Assembly: GCA_034093895.1 (NCBI GenBank)
Contig: JAXEBU010000061.1
Location: forward strand, 24,261-88,260
Origin: Candidatus Choladocola sp.
Lineage (GTDB): Bacteria; Bacillota; Clostridia; Lachnospirales; Lachnospiraceae
Direction of reading: 5' to 3'
Length of the DNA: 64,000 nucleotides
Numbering within the stretch: position 1 is the stretch's first letter; every line of letters begins with the position of its first letter. Below the pieces are notes generated by a model. It was not told the DNA's origin, made no database searches, and saw only the letters and a program-made list of their open reading frames with translations. This document shows, one piece after another, positions 34,916 to 44,642 of this stretch. Both the position numbers and the translations under genes were made by a program.

Positions 34916-35803
34916 GTGAGATTTGACAGCTATCATCCAATGATTAATTTGATCTACTTTGCAGGGGCAATTGTCTGCGCAGTCACTTTTAACCATCCCG
35001 TTTTTCTGGCAATTACTTATCTGGCATCGTTTTGCTACTCTGTCAAATTGAACGGAAAGAGGTCCCTGCTTTTTAATCTCGTCCTGATTCCGCTGATTTT
35101 TATGTATGCTTTTTATTATTCCGGTTACCATCATTTCGGCATCACCGTCCTGAAAAAGAATTTTATCGGAAATCAGATGACGCTGGAAGCACTGGTGACC
35201 GGCTATGTGAGAGGAACGGCTGCCGCATCGGTACTGATGATCTGCGGCTGTATTTTTGCGGTATTCTCGTCCGATAAGGTGGTCTATCTGTTTGGCCGCA
35301 TTTCACCGAAGCTGTCGCTGTTTCTGTCCATACTGTTGCGTTTTGTTCCCAGAGTGAAAAAAAGAGCAGCCGGAATTGAGACAGCCAGGCGGGGAGCAGG
35401 AAAAGGATGTACACAGGGAAATCTGTTCCGGCGTGCTGCCCACGTTGTCAGTCTGCTGTCTGTTCTGGTTACCTGGACGGCAGAGGATTTCGTGGAGAGC
35501 GCGGCATCCATGAAAAGCCGCGGTTATTCGCTGAAGGGGCGTACATCATTTTCCATATACCGGTTTGACAACAGAGACAGGTGCGTTGTCCTGCTCTTTG
35601 CCGCATGTCTGACAGTGACGGGCGCCGCTGTGCTGTTTCAGCAGACAACGATCCTGTACAGCCCGGAAATCGTCTGGAACAGAATCACTCCGTTTTCCTT
35701 TTTCTTTTATGCGGTGTACGCATTTTTCCTGTTTCTGCCCATGCTGCTGCAGATGGCCGGAGAAAGTAAGTACCGGATGGCAGTAAGAAAAAATATCGAT
35801 TGA
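34916..35803 (+). CDS. Second ECF transporter T component
   Basis: FDSYHP, LLRFVP, AASMKSRGYS; GTG start after AAGGAG. Confidence 0.88.
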   Translation: MRFDSYHPMINLIYFAGAIVCAVTFNHPVFLAITYLASFCYSVKLNGKRSLLFNLVLIPLIFMYAFYYSGYHHFGITVLKKNFIGNQMTLEALVTGYVRGTAAASVLMICGCIFAVFSSDKVVYLFGRISPKLSLFLSILLRFVPRVKKRAAGIETARRGAGKGCTQGNLFRRAAHVVSLLSVLVTWTAEDFVESAASMKSRGYSLKGRTSFSIYRFDNRDRCVVLLFAACLTVTGAAVLFQQTTILYSPEIVWNRITPFSFFFYAVYAFFLFLPMLLQMAGESKYRMAVRKNID

Positions 35804-35828
35804 CAAAAGGCGGGAAGTATCATATAGT
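35800..35828 (+). promoter_or_regulatory. sigma-A promoter
   Basis: TTGACA-17 bp-TATAGT. Confidence 0.8.
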
Positions 35829-35832
35829 AAGT

Positions 35833-35972
35833 TCGGATGAAACTGTGAAGATTTTATGTAAGATCTGTCTTCACAACCGATGTACATAACTCCTCGGATT
35901 CAGGAGGTACAGTGGTCTGCTTTCTGGTCATGTCTCAGAATCCGGCATGACTTTTTTATGAAGTCATCTGAA
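35833..35972 (+). ncRNA. Unidentified structured RNA/attenuator upstream of variant riboswitch copy 2
   Basis: Three hairpins, complementary loops CGGATTC/GAATCCG, last hairpin followed by TTTTTT. Confidence 0.45.
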
Positions 35973-36013
35973 TGCAGGGAAATGCATGGATGTACGGAAT
36001 GTCAATTGAATAG

Positions 36014-36182
36014 CGCGGAACTCTGGCCATAAATGGGTGAAATTCTCATACAGTAAATGCGTTGTCGTACAGTCGACACATGGCAGTTTTCCTGGTAAGG
36101 TAGAAATAATTCGCATATAAACGTCTATCAGGTAGCAGAAGGTATTCTTTTCCGAAAAGAATATTTTTTGTTACCTTTTTTT
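36014..36182 (+). ncRNA. Riboswitch-like leader, cobalamin-class-II-like variant, copy 2, with terminator
   Basis: Conserved with 24308-24484 including a compensatory pair change; terminator AGGTAGCAGAAGGTATTCTTTT...AAAAGAATATTTTTTGTTACCTTTTTTT. Confidence 0.75.
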
Positions 36183-36342
36183 GTGGGGTTTTCCATGTCT
36201 GTATCTGCAGGAAAATCCATAGACGCTGTTCGGCAGATCCGAGTTATTTCATCTACGTTACCGGTAAACTGTAATCATTCCTTTTAAACGCAGCTCTGCG
36301 TTTTGGAATATTACAAGCAGGAGAAAGAAAAGGAGAAGATGT

Positions 36343-39300
36343 ATGAAGAAAAAGAAACTCACACAGCGTGTGCTGGCCGTGCTGCTTTCTGCAAGTATGA
36401 TTTTCGGCGCAGCACCGGTGAGTCTGCAGGCGGAGGAAATACAGGGCGAAGTCCTGGAGATGTCTGTGGAAGAGCCGGTGGTGGCTGAGGCAGAACCGGA
36501 AGCAGTTGTGGTGGAAGAAGCACCTGCAGAGGACGTGGTGATCGAGGAACCTGCGGTGGATGTGCAGGATGAGATCCTCAGTGATGTGCCGGAAGGATCC
36601 GGGGAAGAAGCCGCAGATGCAGAAGTTGTCACAGAGCAGGAAGAAGGAACCGTTGAGGAAGGCGTTGCGCTGGCAGGCGAACTGAATCTCGATGACTCTG
36701 AGATCGTACTGGAGGGAATCGATGAAGTTGTTGTGACAGAAGAGATTCCGGTGGAAACGGAGGAGTATGCGGCAGGAAGCGGAAGCGGCAATACGTATAT
36801 TACTGTAGAGAAATACGATGCAGAAGGAAACGGAAGCTTTCTGCTTGGGCCGACAGCAATTCCATTTTTAAGAAAAGCAGATTCGGATGTAATGCTCAAA
36901 GCGACAGAAATCGACTATGGCGGCGAGTCTGTGGAAGACGAATACGCTGAAGGTGGTAAATATTATGCAGTAACGAATATAGATGGAACTGCTAATAATG
37001 ATAGCCACACATGGGCTGTTGCAAAGAATGCCAGCATGACAGAGTGGTATAACGTGGCTTATTATAATACGTCAGCAGGGGCCGTATATCGTTATGTTTA
37101 TGGTAATGCGAATATTACATATAGTAATAAGGCAATAAATACTAAGAAAGATGAGTTGATTAAGTATATTGCTGACCTTACTGATGAGCAGAGAAACAAG
37201 GGCGGAGATGCTTATACTATAGCTCTGGAAGTGCTTGTGAACAGAAATGCAACGGTAGATGATATAACTGATGCACAGACAGCATTGGATAAAGCTGTAA
37301 ATAATATTCCGGCAACAAAGATTACTCTTGATACGGAATCGCTGACACTGGGCGTGAAAAAGAGTGCAACTGTCCAGGCTGTTCTGGAACCGGAAAATAC
37401 AACGGATAAAGTTACCTGGAGCATTGCAGATACAAGCATTGCAACGGTAGATGAAAATGGTAAGGTCACAGCACAGCTTACCGGCGGAACTACTACGCTG
37501 ACCGCGACAGCGAATGATGAAGTTAAAGCTGAAATCCCTGTTACAGTCACAGCGGCAACGTATGTAACGCTGTCTGTGGAAATGTATGAAGGTGAATCTG
37601 ACGGAACCGGCAGATATCTGCTGGAGCCGACAAGAATCCCAGTGACGTCAACTACATACATAACTGATATTCTGCAGAGGGCCGTAGGTGTAAACAACGT
37701 TGTTATCAACTATGAGGACCACAATGCTGTGACAGGTATCTGCGGAGTCAATAATGAAAACAGATACAGGTGGGGATTTTTAAGAGATGGTGTCGTTGTG
37801 CAAAATGGCGGAGACGGTCCGGATCCCTATTCGAAAGTCGCTCCCGGTCAGATTGTCCGTGTTGTATATTCAACGGAGGGAGCATCGCGGGTATCTAACA
37901 TTTTTGGCGCCGCCAACAAAGATGAGCTTCTGGATGTTATGTCAGGTATGAATGCAAGGCAGAAAGCGACAGAAGAATACAGAAAAGCGGAAGAAGTGGC
38001 ACTGAATGTACAGGACCATTCTGTTGCGGATGCTCTTGCCGGGCTGAATGCACTTCCGGAAAATCCGGCAGTTATTTCTCAGAAAGAGGTTACATTTCGA
38101 ATCGGAGAAACATTCATGCTGGAGGCAAATGACGCAGTAACATGGAGTATAGAAGATGGATCCGTGGTTTCTCTGGAGGGAAAGAATGAAGGCGCAGTAA
38201 ATACATATTGTACAATTGCCGGAAAAAAAGCTGGAATAACCACTGTAAAAGCAACAGATGTATTTGGCTACCAGACCTCCTGTAAGGTGACGGTTGTTGC
38301 ACCCGTTTATTTCCGGCATTCAGACGGAACAATCCAGGAGATGGCAGAGGACGGATCCTTTACGCTGACCTCCATCGATGAAGGACGCTTCGTGCTGAAC
38401 CAGCCGAAGGACGGGGAAACTGCTGTATTTGAATGCGAGGATAAGATTCCGGTATGGAATCCGAATGATAAGCAGTGGAATTATTCCTTCCACTGGTGGG
38501 TGGATGATGAGACTGGAACGTGGCAGCCTGCAGCTGCAAAACTGGAAAAGAAGGTTAAGGTAAGCACAGGATATTTCAGCACGGAGTTCTCCATAAATTA
38601 TCAGCAGGTAACTAATATTGAAGAGCTGAAGGCCTATATTAATGATGATGAGGTCACAATGGAGAATGGATTTGTGATCGAGGGAACCATGTGGACAGAG
38701 AATAATTATTATTCCGGCCAGGAAGTGATTGTCAAGGGAAAGCAGGGCGACCAGTGGATCACCATTCCTTCCCAGGCTCTGTCCTATGAGACGGATGATC
38801 CATCCTACAATTTCCGTTTTGTCGGAAATAAGCTGATTATCAACCGTGCAGGAACTCATACGGTGACGATCTCTCTGAAACAGCAGTCCGGCCTCTCTGA
38901 CGGTGCGCCCAGTGTATCCTTTATGGCGGTATGTAATGAAATAAAGGCAACAGGAATGTACATCGATGTGGACGATGCAAATAATAACGTGTGCTACATT
39001 GATGAATGGCAGGATCTGGGGCAGCATTACGTAGGTATCCGTCCGGGAACCTGGGACGCTGTAACGGGAGAAAAGCAGAACGATGGCTATCATATTACTT
39101 TTGAACCGTATAACACAACACAGCGTGATGTGAAGTGGGAAGTGGTAGAAGGTGCAGATGTGGCAACACATTCAGAGCTCCACAGTGATGGTATCATTCC
39201 CTACAAGGCAGGTACCGTAAAATTCAAGGTGACCAACCTCTATAACGAAGAGATTTACCAGTACGTTACAGTTACCTTCAAATACAAGAATCCGCTGCAG

Positions 39301-40668
39301 TCCGTTTCAGCAGAAGATTCTTATGCAATGGCGAAAGGATCCAGTATATATCTGAACCTTGATCTGAATCCGGCCAATGCCACAGAGCAGCGGTTCAACT
39401 GGACGTATGATAAGTCCGGAATTGTCGAAGTGACAGATAAGATTGAAAGCTCTGAGGATGGAATGGAATCCTGGACCGTTCACAAGATCAAGGCTGTCGG
39501 TGAAGGCATCGTAACCGTAACAGGTACACCGTGGGATCAGACGGCAGGATGCAAGCCGGTAACCTTTACCGTGGCAGTGGGTAGCACGAAATCAGATGCG
39601 AAGGCAGTTTTGTCGGTATACAGCAAGATTGCAGCTCTGGACGGAACGGTTACACTGAATTCTGAGGCTGCCATTACAGCAGCAAGAAAAGCATATGATG
39701 CTCTGACAGATGCGCAGAAGGCACTCCTTGGAAATCAGAAAGCGATGCTGGAGACAGCAGAGGCAAAACTGGAAACCGTGAAAAAGGAAGAAGAAATCAA
39801 GAATCACAAGCATACCTTCGGCGCATACACCACTGTAAAAGAGGCGACAGCTCTGGCAGAGGGACTGCAGGAGCGTACCTGCGCATGCGGATACAAGGAA
39901 ACGAAGACCATCGCAAAACTGACACCGACCATCAAGGTGACAGCTACAAAGCTGCCGATGAAGGTGAAACAGTCCACATCCGGATTTAAGGTGACCGGAC
40001 TGGCAAAGGGTGACTACGTAAAATCCTGGAAATCCAGCAATACAAAGATTTTCAAGGTAACAGGAAAAACGAACGGTACCTGCAAGCTGACAGCAGGCAG
40101 CAAGACAGGTTCTGCGACGCTGACAATTACCCTGGCCAGCGGTCTGAAGAAGAAGGTGACTGTGACTGTCCAGAAGGGAACCGTCAAGACGACAAAGATT
40201 ACCGGTCTGACCAGCAAACTGACGGTACAGAAAGGCAAGACAGCAGCGCTGAAGCCGGTACTGACCCCGATTACTTCCCAGCAGAAGTTTACATACTCTT
40301 CCTCCAACAAGAAAGTTGCTACAGTAAACTCCAGGGGCGTTATTACGGCAAAAGCTGCAGGAACGGCGAACATTACCGTAAAATCAGGAAGCAAGAAGTA
40401 TACCGTTAAGGTTACTGTACCGAAGACGAAAACAACGAAGATCACAGGCGTTCCGGAGAGCGTTACCGTAAAGAAGGGTAAAACGTATACTCTGAAGGCA
40501 GCGGTTTCTCCGAAGAACAGTGATGAGAAGATTACCTACAAATCTTCCAACAAAAAAGTGGCAACCGTCACAAGCAAAGGAACGATTAAGGGAATCAAGA
40601 AAGGCACAGCTACCATTACTGTGACATCCGGAAGTGTCTCGATTCAGTGTAAGGTTACAGTAAAATAA
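36343..40668 (+). CDS. Large secreted surface protein with Ig-like (Big_2) domains and two degenerate DUF4430-like modules
   Basis: Signal peptide, acidic linker, repeated TY(I/V)T..VE.Y...G.(F/Y)LL.PT.IP...NKDEL-like modules; C-terminus paralogous to 24538-27234. Confidence 0.82.
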   Translation: MKKKKLTQRVLAVLLSASMIFGAAPVSLQAEEIQGEVLEMSVEEPVVAEAEPEAVVVEEAPAEDVVIEEPAVDVQDEILSDVPEGSGEEAADAEVVTEQEEGTVEEGVALAGELNLDDSEIVLEGIDEVVVTEEIPVETEEYAAGSGSGNTYITVEKYDAEGNGSFLLGPTAIPFLRKADSDVMLKATEIDYGGESVEDEYAEGGKYYAVTNIDGTANNDSHTWAVAKNASMTEWYNVAYYNTSAGAVYRYVYGNANITYSNKAINTKKDELIKYIADLTDEQRNKGGDAYTIALEVLVNRNATVDDITDAQTALDKAVNNIPATKITLDTESLTLGVKKSATVQAVLEPENTTDKVTWSIADTSIATVDENGKVTAQLTGGTTTLTATANDEVKAEIPVTVTAATYVTLSVEMYEGESDGTGRYLLEPTRIPVTSTTYITDILQRAVGVNNVVINYEDHNAVTGICGVNNENRYRWGFLRDGVVVQNGGDGPDPYSKVAPGQIVRVVYSTEGASRVSNIFGAANKDELLDVMSGMNARQKATEEYRKAEEVALNVQDHSVADALAGLNALPENPAVISQKEVTFRIGETFMLEANDAVTWSIEDGSVVSLEGKNEGAVNTYCTIAGKKAGITTVKATDVFGYQTSCKVTVVAPVYFRHSDGTIQEMAEDGSFTLTSIDEGRFVLNQPKDGETAVFECEDKIPVWNPNDKQWNYSFHWWVDDETGTWQPAAAKLEKKVKVSTGYFSTEFSINYQQVTNIEELKAYINDDEVTMENGFVIEGTMWTENNYYSGQEVIVKGKQGDQWITIPSQALSYETDDPSYNFRFVGNKLIINRAGTHTVTISLKQQSGLSDGAPSVSFMAVCNEIKATGMYIDVDDANNNVCYIDEWQDLGQHYVGIRPGTWDAVTGEKQNDGYHITFEPYNTTQRDVKWEVVEGADVATHSELHSDGIIPYKAGTVKFKVTNLYNEEIYQYVTVTFKYKNPLQSVSAEDSYAMAKGSSIYLNLDLNPANATEQRFNWTYDKSGIVEVTDKIESSEDGMESWTVHKIKAVGEGIVTVTGTPWDQTAGCKPVTFTVAVGSTKSDAKAVLSVYSKIAALDGTVTLNSEAAITAARKAYDALTDAQKALLGNQKAMLETAEAKLETVKKEEEIKNHKHTFGAYTTVKEATALAEGLQERTCACGYKETKTIAKLTPTIKVTATKLPMKVKQSTSGFKVTGLAKGDYVKSWKSSNTKIFKVTGKTNGTCKLTAGSKTGSATLTITLASGLKKKVTVTVQKGTVKTTKITGLTSKLTVQKGKTAALKPVLTPITSQQKFTYSSSNKKVATVNSRGVITAKAAGTANITVKSGSKKYTVKVTVPKTKTTKITGVPESVTVKKGKTYTLKAAVSPKNSDEKITYKSSNKKVATVTSKGTIKGIKKGTATITVTSGSVSIQCKVTVK

Positions 40669-40782
40669 AGCAGGAGAAATCCGGTCATATTTGGTAATAC
40701 AGCAATTGCCGCTCACGAAGTGGATTGTGTTACTCATCCTCGCGGGCAGAGAATCAAATACGGTTCTCTGCCCGTAATTGTT

Positions 40783-41664
40783 TCAGTACGCATCGACACA
40801 CACAGGATTCCCCAGAATCTCCCGCCCGGCATAAAGTGTCTGATCCGACCGGGAGCGGACGCTCCATTTGACGAGTGTCAGACAGCGGTTTTCAATCTCG
40901 ATGCAGGTGATGCCGCCGGGGGAGACGCAGCTTCCGACATTGCAGTAGGGGATAGCTTTTGTTCCGATGGAAGGATGGTGCGTATGGCCTGTCACCAGCA
41001 GGCAGTTATGAGTCACTGCCCATCGTGTCAGCGTTTTTTCGGTTTCCTTTTTTCGCGTATTGTTTCTGGCAGCACTGGTGGGATCCGGAACTCCGAGAAA
41101 TTCCAGCGGGCGCCAGATATACCGGACGAGAAATGCGGACAGGCGCCACAGCGTGCTGTTAAAAAGCTCTGCCTGATGTCCGTGGATCAGACAGATATCT
41201 TTTTTCTGCTCTTCATCTGCAAGAACAATGGCGGGATAAAAGGTGATTCCGGGATACAGCGGCTGTTCACAGAGCGTACGGTCGCAGTAAAAGGTAAGAA
41301 ACTGTTTTTTCTGAAAGGAAACATTTTTCTTCACCATGTCATGATTTCCGTACAGAGCGTACATGCGTCCTGAACGGTAAAAACGGGAGAGCAGTTCAAA
41401 GGTGTGATCGTGCATTTCTATAATTCTGCGGATGGAACGGTTTTCCCAGAGCTCATCTCCGTCTCCCAGCTCCAGATACGTAAAGCATTTCCGGTTATAA
41501 TAGTCCATCGAAGCAAGATACAGGAATTCATTTTTCAGGAAATTGTCGCCGCCATTTCCGATGCCGCGGTGGCAGTCACCAAACAGGACATACCTGGAAT
41601 CGGAGCGAAGCGGCAGCACCAGCGCCTGTGAGACGGCAGCGGAGATCCTCGCCTGACTGCTCAT
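40783..41664 (-). CDS. Calcineurin-like metallophosphoesterase
   Basis: GDCH, LGDGDE, GNHD, IHGH, GHTH. Confidence 0.88.
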   Translation of the reverse strand: MSSQARISAAVSQALVLPLRSDSRYVLFGDCHRGIGNGGDNFLKNEFLYLASMDYYNRKCFTYLELGDGDELWENRSIRRIIEMHDHTFELLSRFYRSGRMYALYGNHDMVKKNVSFQKKQFLTFYCDRTLCEQPLYPGITFYPAIVLADEEQKKDICLIHGHQAELFNSTLWRLSAFLVRYIWRPLEFLGVPDPTSAARNNTRKKETEKTLTRWAVTHNCLLVTGHTHHPSIGTKAIPYCNVGSCVSPGGITCIEIENRCLTLVKWSVRSRSDQTLYAGREILGNPVCVDAY

Positions 41665-42569
41665 GCTCTTTTCCTGCCTTTCTGACAGCGCCGTATGGAG
41701 CGAAGCCCGGCAGGAAAAAAGTAATACAGGCAGAGCAGCCGGTCAACTGTATCGGTAAAGGGGCGGGTAAAGTTCAGATAAAGCTGACAGAAAAGGCGGT
41801 TTTTTCTCCGGGCAATTTGGGTATACAGATGGTGCCGGAAGCCGGAGCAGGTTGAGTGGGGAGCGGTAAAAAGGAGCGATACTGTGCAGTCGCAGGTGCA
41901 GAGACTGCGTAAATCGTAGCCGTTTTTTATGAGACTGTCGCAGAAGGCACGCAGCATTTCCATCTCCGGAAACGTTATAGAGACTTCCATTTTCAGATCA
42001 GACGGTTCACAGTACGTACCCAGGCGGAAACCGGTCAGCCACCAGTGGATTTCATGGACTGCAAACATCGGACGGCCGTTCTTTTGCAGCATAATGGAAA
42101 GGGGCATCATTTCCTCATCGGAGACTGCATGGAAATGTGCGGTCTGCCGTCTGTCAGGGGCGAGTAGAGCGTCGGCATAATAGAGGCCGACCTCGCCGCC
42201 GGCGGTGAGACCATACTGCCCTTTCCAGAACTCAATCAGCCACGTTTTTCCGTTGTAGTCAAAGAAAACGGGTTCGCAGTCAAAGACCATCCCAAAGGCG
42301 GGAGCTGCAAGGTCAAAAGCACCTGTGTAGCCGTAATCTTTCTGCCAGGCATCCCGGCGCGTGGTAAAAATATCCTGATCCTCCCGGTAGACAAAGCCAA
42401 AAGGGGATGACAGATCATGGATGATCCGCAGCTTTTCCATCCGGTTCATGGAGATAATTTTTTTTATGATACGATAACGCCTCTGTACACAAGAACAGAA
42501 GACGATACAGAAAAAAAGAAAAATTCCGGTAAAAAGATACATAAGAATAAAAATCCTTTTTTCTATCAT
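41661..42569 (-). CDS. DUF4474 domain protein
   Basis: N-terminal TM; DAWQKDYGY, WLIEFWKGQYG, HWWLTGF. Confidence 0.82.
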   Translation of the reverse strand: MIEKRIFILMYLFTGIFLFFCIVFCSCVQRRYRIIKKIISMNRMEKLRIIHDLSSPFGFVYREDQDIFTTRRDAWQKDYGYTGAFDLAAPAFGMVFDCEPVFFDYNGKTWLIEFWKGQYGLTAGGEVGLYYADALLAPDRRQTAHFHAVSDEEMMPLSIMLQKNGRPMFAVHEIHWWLTGFRLGTYCEPSDLKMEVSITFPEMEMLRAFCDSLIKNGYDLRSLCTCDCTVSLLFTAPHSTCSGFRHHLYTQIARRKNRLFCQLYLNFTRPFTDTVDRLLCLYYFFPAGLRSIRRCQKGRKRA

Positions 42570-42670
42570 ATGAACCTTTCTGCTTTCCGGAAAGTATATT
42601 TTCTGTCAGGGTGTGTTGTTTTTGAAGAGTCCCCTACATACAATAGTAATAAATGCAAACGGGAGCTTTT

Positions 42671-43492
42671 ATGGAAAAACAGGTGAAAATTCTTCAGTAC
42701 CTGATGCTGATCGTCCTTTTTTCGGTTGCATTTCTGCTGCCTGCATTTGCAGCAGGCAGACAGGCAAGAGAAAGTATGGGACAGCAGGTGGAGGAGGAAA
42801 GCGGGGAGAGCGACCGTGACGGCCGGCAGGGGGAGAAAGGAACCATCGTCATCGATGCCGGACACGGCGGGGATGATCCGGGAATGGTCGGGAGCAGCGG
42901 AATCAGTGAAAAAATTCTGAATCTTGTATATGCGCAGAAGCTGGGAGCACTTCTGGAACAGGAGGGGTACCGGGTGGTGCAGACACGGACGGATGAAGGC
43001 GGGCTTTATGATGCGGATCAGACGCATAAAAAAGCCCAGGATATGCAGCGGCGATGTGCAATTATTGCAGAGGAGAATCCACTTCTGACGGTCAGCATTC
43101 ATCAGAACAGTTATCCGGATGCTTCGGTATGCGGTCCGCAGGTATTTTACTATGAACAGTCGGCGGAAGGAAAACTGCTTGCATCTTCCATTCAGAACTG
43201 TCTCAATGAAGAGCTTGCCATTGACAGACCGCGGCTGCAGAAAGGAAACGGTACGTATTATATACTGAAACGTTCTGCCGGAACAACGGTGATTGTCGAA
43301 TGCGGCTTTCTGTCGAATCCGGAGGAGGAAGCAAAGCTTCAGGAAGAAGCGTACCAGGATCAGGTGGTTCTGGCTGTTTTTCACGGCGTGGTTCAGTACC
43401 TGGAAGGAAAAAAATCCGGCCCGGGTCCTTCCGATACGGAGACCCGGGCCGGATCTGTGCTGTACAGCAAAACAGGCTTATTTACAGCTTAA
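42671..43492 (+). CDS. N-acetylmuramoyl-L-alanine amidase (Amidase_3, CwlD-like)
   Basis: IVIDAGHGGDDPG, EKILNL, SIHQN, IVECGFLSN. Confidence 0.9.
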   Translation: MEKQVKILQYLMLIVLFSVAFLLPAFAAGRQARESMGQQVEEESGESDRDGRQGEKGTIVIDAGHGGDDPGMVGSSGISEKILNLVYAQKLGALLEQEGYRVVQTRTDEGGLYDADQTHKKAQDMQRRCAIIAEENPLLTVSIHQNSYPDASVCGPQVFYYEQSAEGKLLASSIQNCLNEELAIDRPRLQKGNGTYYILKRSAGTTVIVECGFLSNPEEEAKLQEEAYQDQVVLAVFHGVVQYLEGKKSGPGPSDTETRAGSVLYSKTGLFTA

Positions 43493-44420
43493 TATTCTTA
43501 AACAGGGATCCCAGAGAAGTAGTGGCAGCTTCCGTTTCCGGCATTTCGAATACTTCTTCTTCGATCTCCTTTGCGGCAACATCTTCCAGAGCTTTCATGC
43601 TAAGGCTGATCTTGCCGTCTTTTACTGCGATAATTTTCACTTTTACTTTCTGTCCTTCTTTCAGAACGGCACCCGGGTGCTTGATGCGCTGCTGGCAGAT
43701 CTGGGAAATATGAACGAGTCCGCTCAGTCCGTTTCCGAGATTGATGAATGCGCCGTATGGCATCAGGGATTCTACGGTACCTTCTGTGACGAGACCTACT
43801 TCCACATTGGAAATCTTCTGTTTCCGCTCTTCCTCTGCCTTTTCACGGAGAATTTCCCGTGCAGACAGTACGAGGCGTTTTTCTTCCGGGTCTGCTGTGA
43901 TCACACGTACTTCGATTTCACGTCCAACCCACTCTTCCGGATTCTCCACGTATTCCAGAGACAGCTTGGAAGCCGGGATAAAACCGCGGATTCCTTCCAC
44001 ATAAGCGGTAACTCCGCTCTTGACCGCTTCACTGATCTTTACCTTAATATTGGACTGATCATGAAGGAGCTGTACCAGCCGTTCCCAGCCGAGCACGGAA
44101 GCGGCAGCCTTCATGGAAAGCTGAATCCGTCCCTGTGCATTGTCGCGGCGGATCACGGTGGCGGAAATGGTCTGTCCCACCTCCATATCGCGGAAAGAAA
44201 AGTCAGGATCGTCGCTGGCATCCTCCAGACGGATCACTCCATCCGTATAAATTCCAAGATCAATCGTAAGCTCTTCCTCCGATACACCGATTACGGTGCC
44301 GGTCAGGATGTCTCCTTCGTGGATTGGCTTCATGGATGCTGCGATGGCATCTTCGTAATCAGCCATGGTCTCTGCCGGAGCAGATGGTGTTTCTGCAGTT
44401 GTCAGTTTTTCTTCTTCCAT
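43482..44420 (-). CDS. S1 RNA-binding repeat protein (short ribosomal S1-like)
   Basis: Three S1 repeats; GFIPASKL, YGAFINL..GLVHISQI. Confidence 0.88.
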   Translation of the reverse strand: MEEEKLTTAETPSAPAETMADYEDAIAASMKPIHEGDILTGTVIGVSEEELTIDLGIYTDGVIRLEDASDDPDFSFRDMEVGQTISATVIRRDNAQGRIQLSMKAAASVLGWERLVQLLHDQSNIKVKISEAVKSGVTAYVEGIRGFIPASKLSLEYVENPEEWVGREIEVRVITADPEEKRLVLSAREILREKAEEERKQKISNVEVGLVTEGTVESLMPYGAFINLGNGLSGLVHISQICQQRIKHPGAVLKEGQKVKVKIIAVKDGKISLSMKALEDVAAKEIEEEVFEMPETEAATTSLGSLFKNIKL

Positions 44421-44642
44421 TGTTTACCTCCAGTTTGGCAGAACTGCGCTTTGCGGCCGGACATATGACCTGTGACCGGCGCATTGCAGAACTGCTTTCA
44501 TTCGCGTATATTTCTGCGTCTATTTTAGCACAGCCTGCCGTGTTTGAACACAGAAAAAAAGGGAACATGAAATAAAAAAGAGAAAATAGTTTCAAAAGAA
44601 AGAGTGAAGTGATATAATGGAGCAGAAAGGCAGGAAGAGGTT

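Noticed and set aside
35838-35925. c-di-GMP-II riboswitch (GAAACTGTGAAG...GGAG...CAGTGGT resemblance)
   Set aside because: Lacks the GGGCAC/GTGC pseudoknot and correctly placed CAACC; kept only as an unidentified RNA
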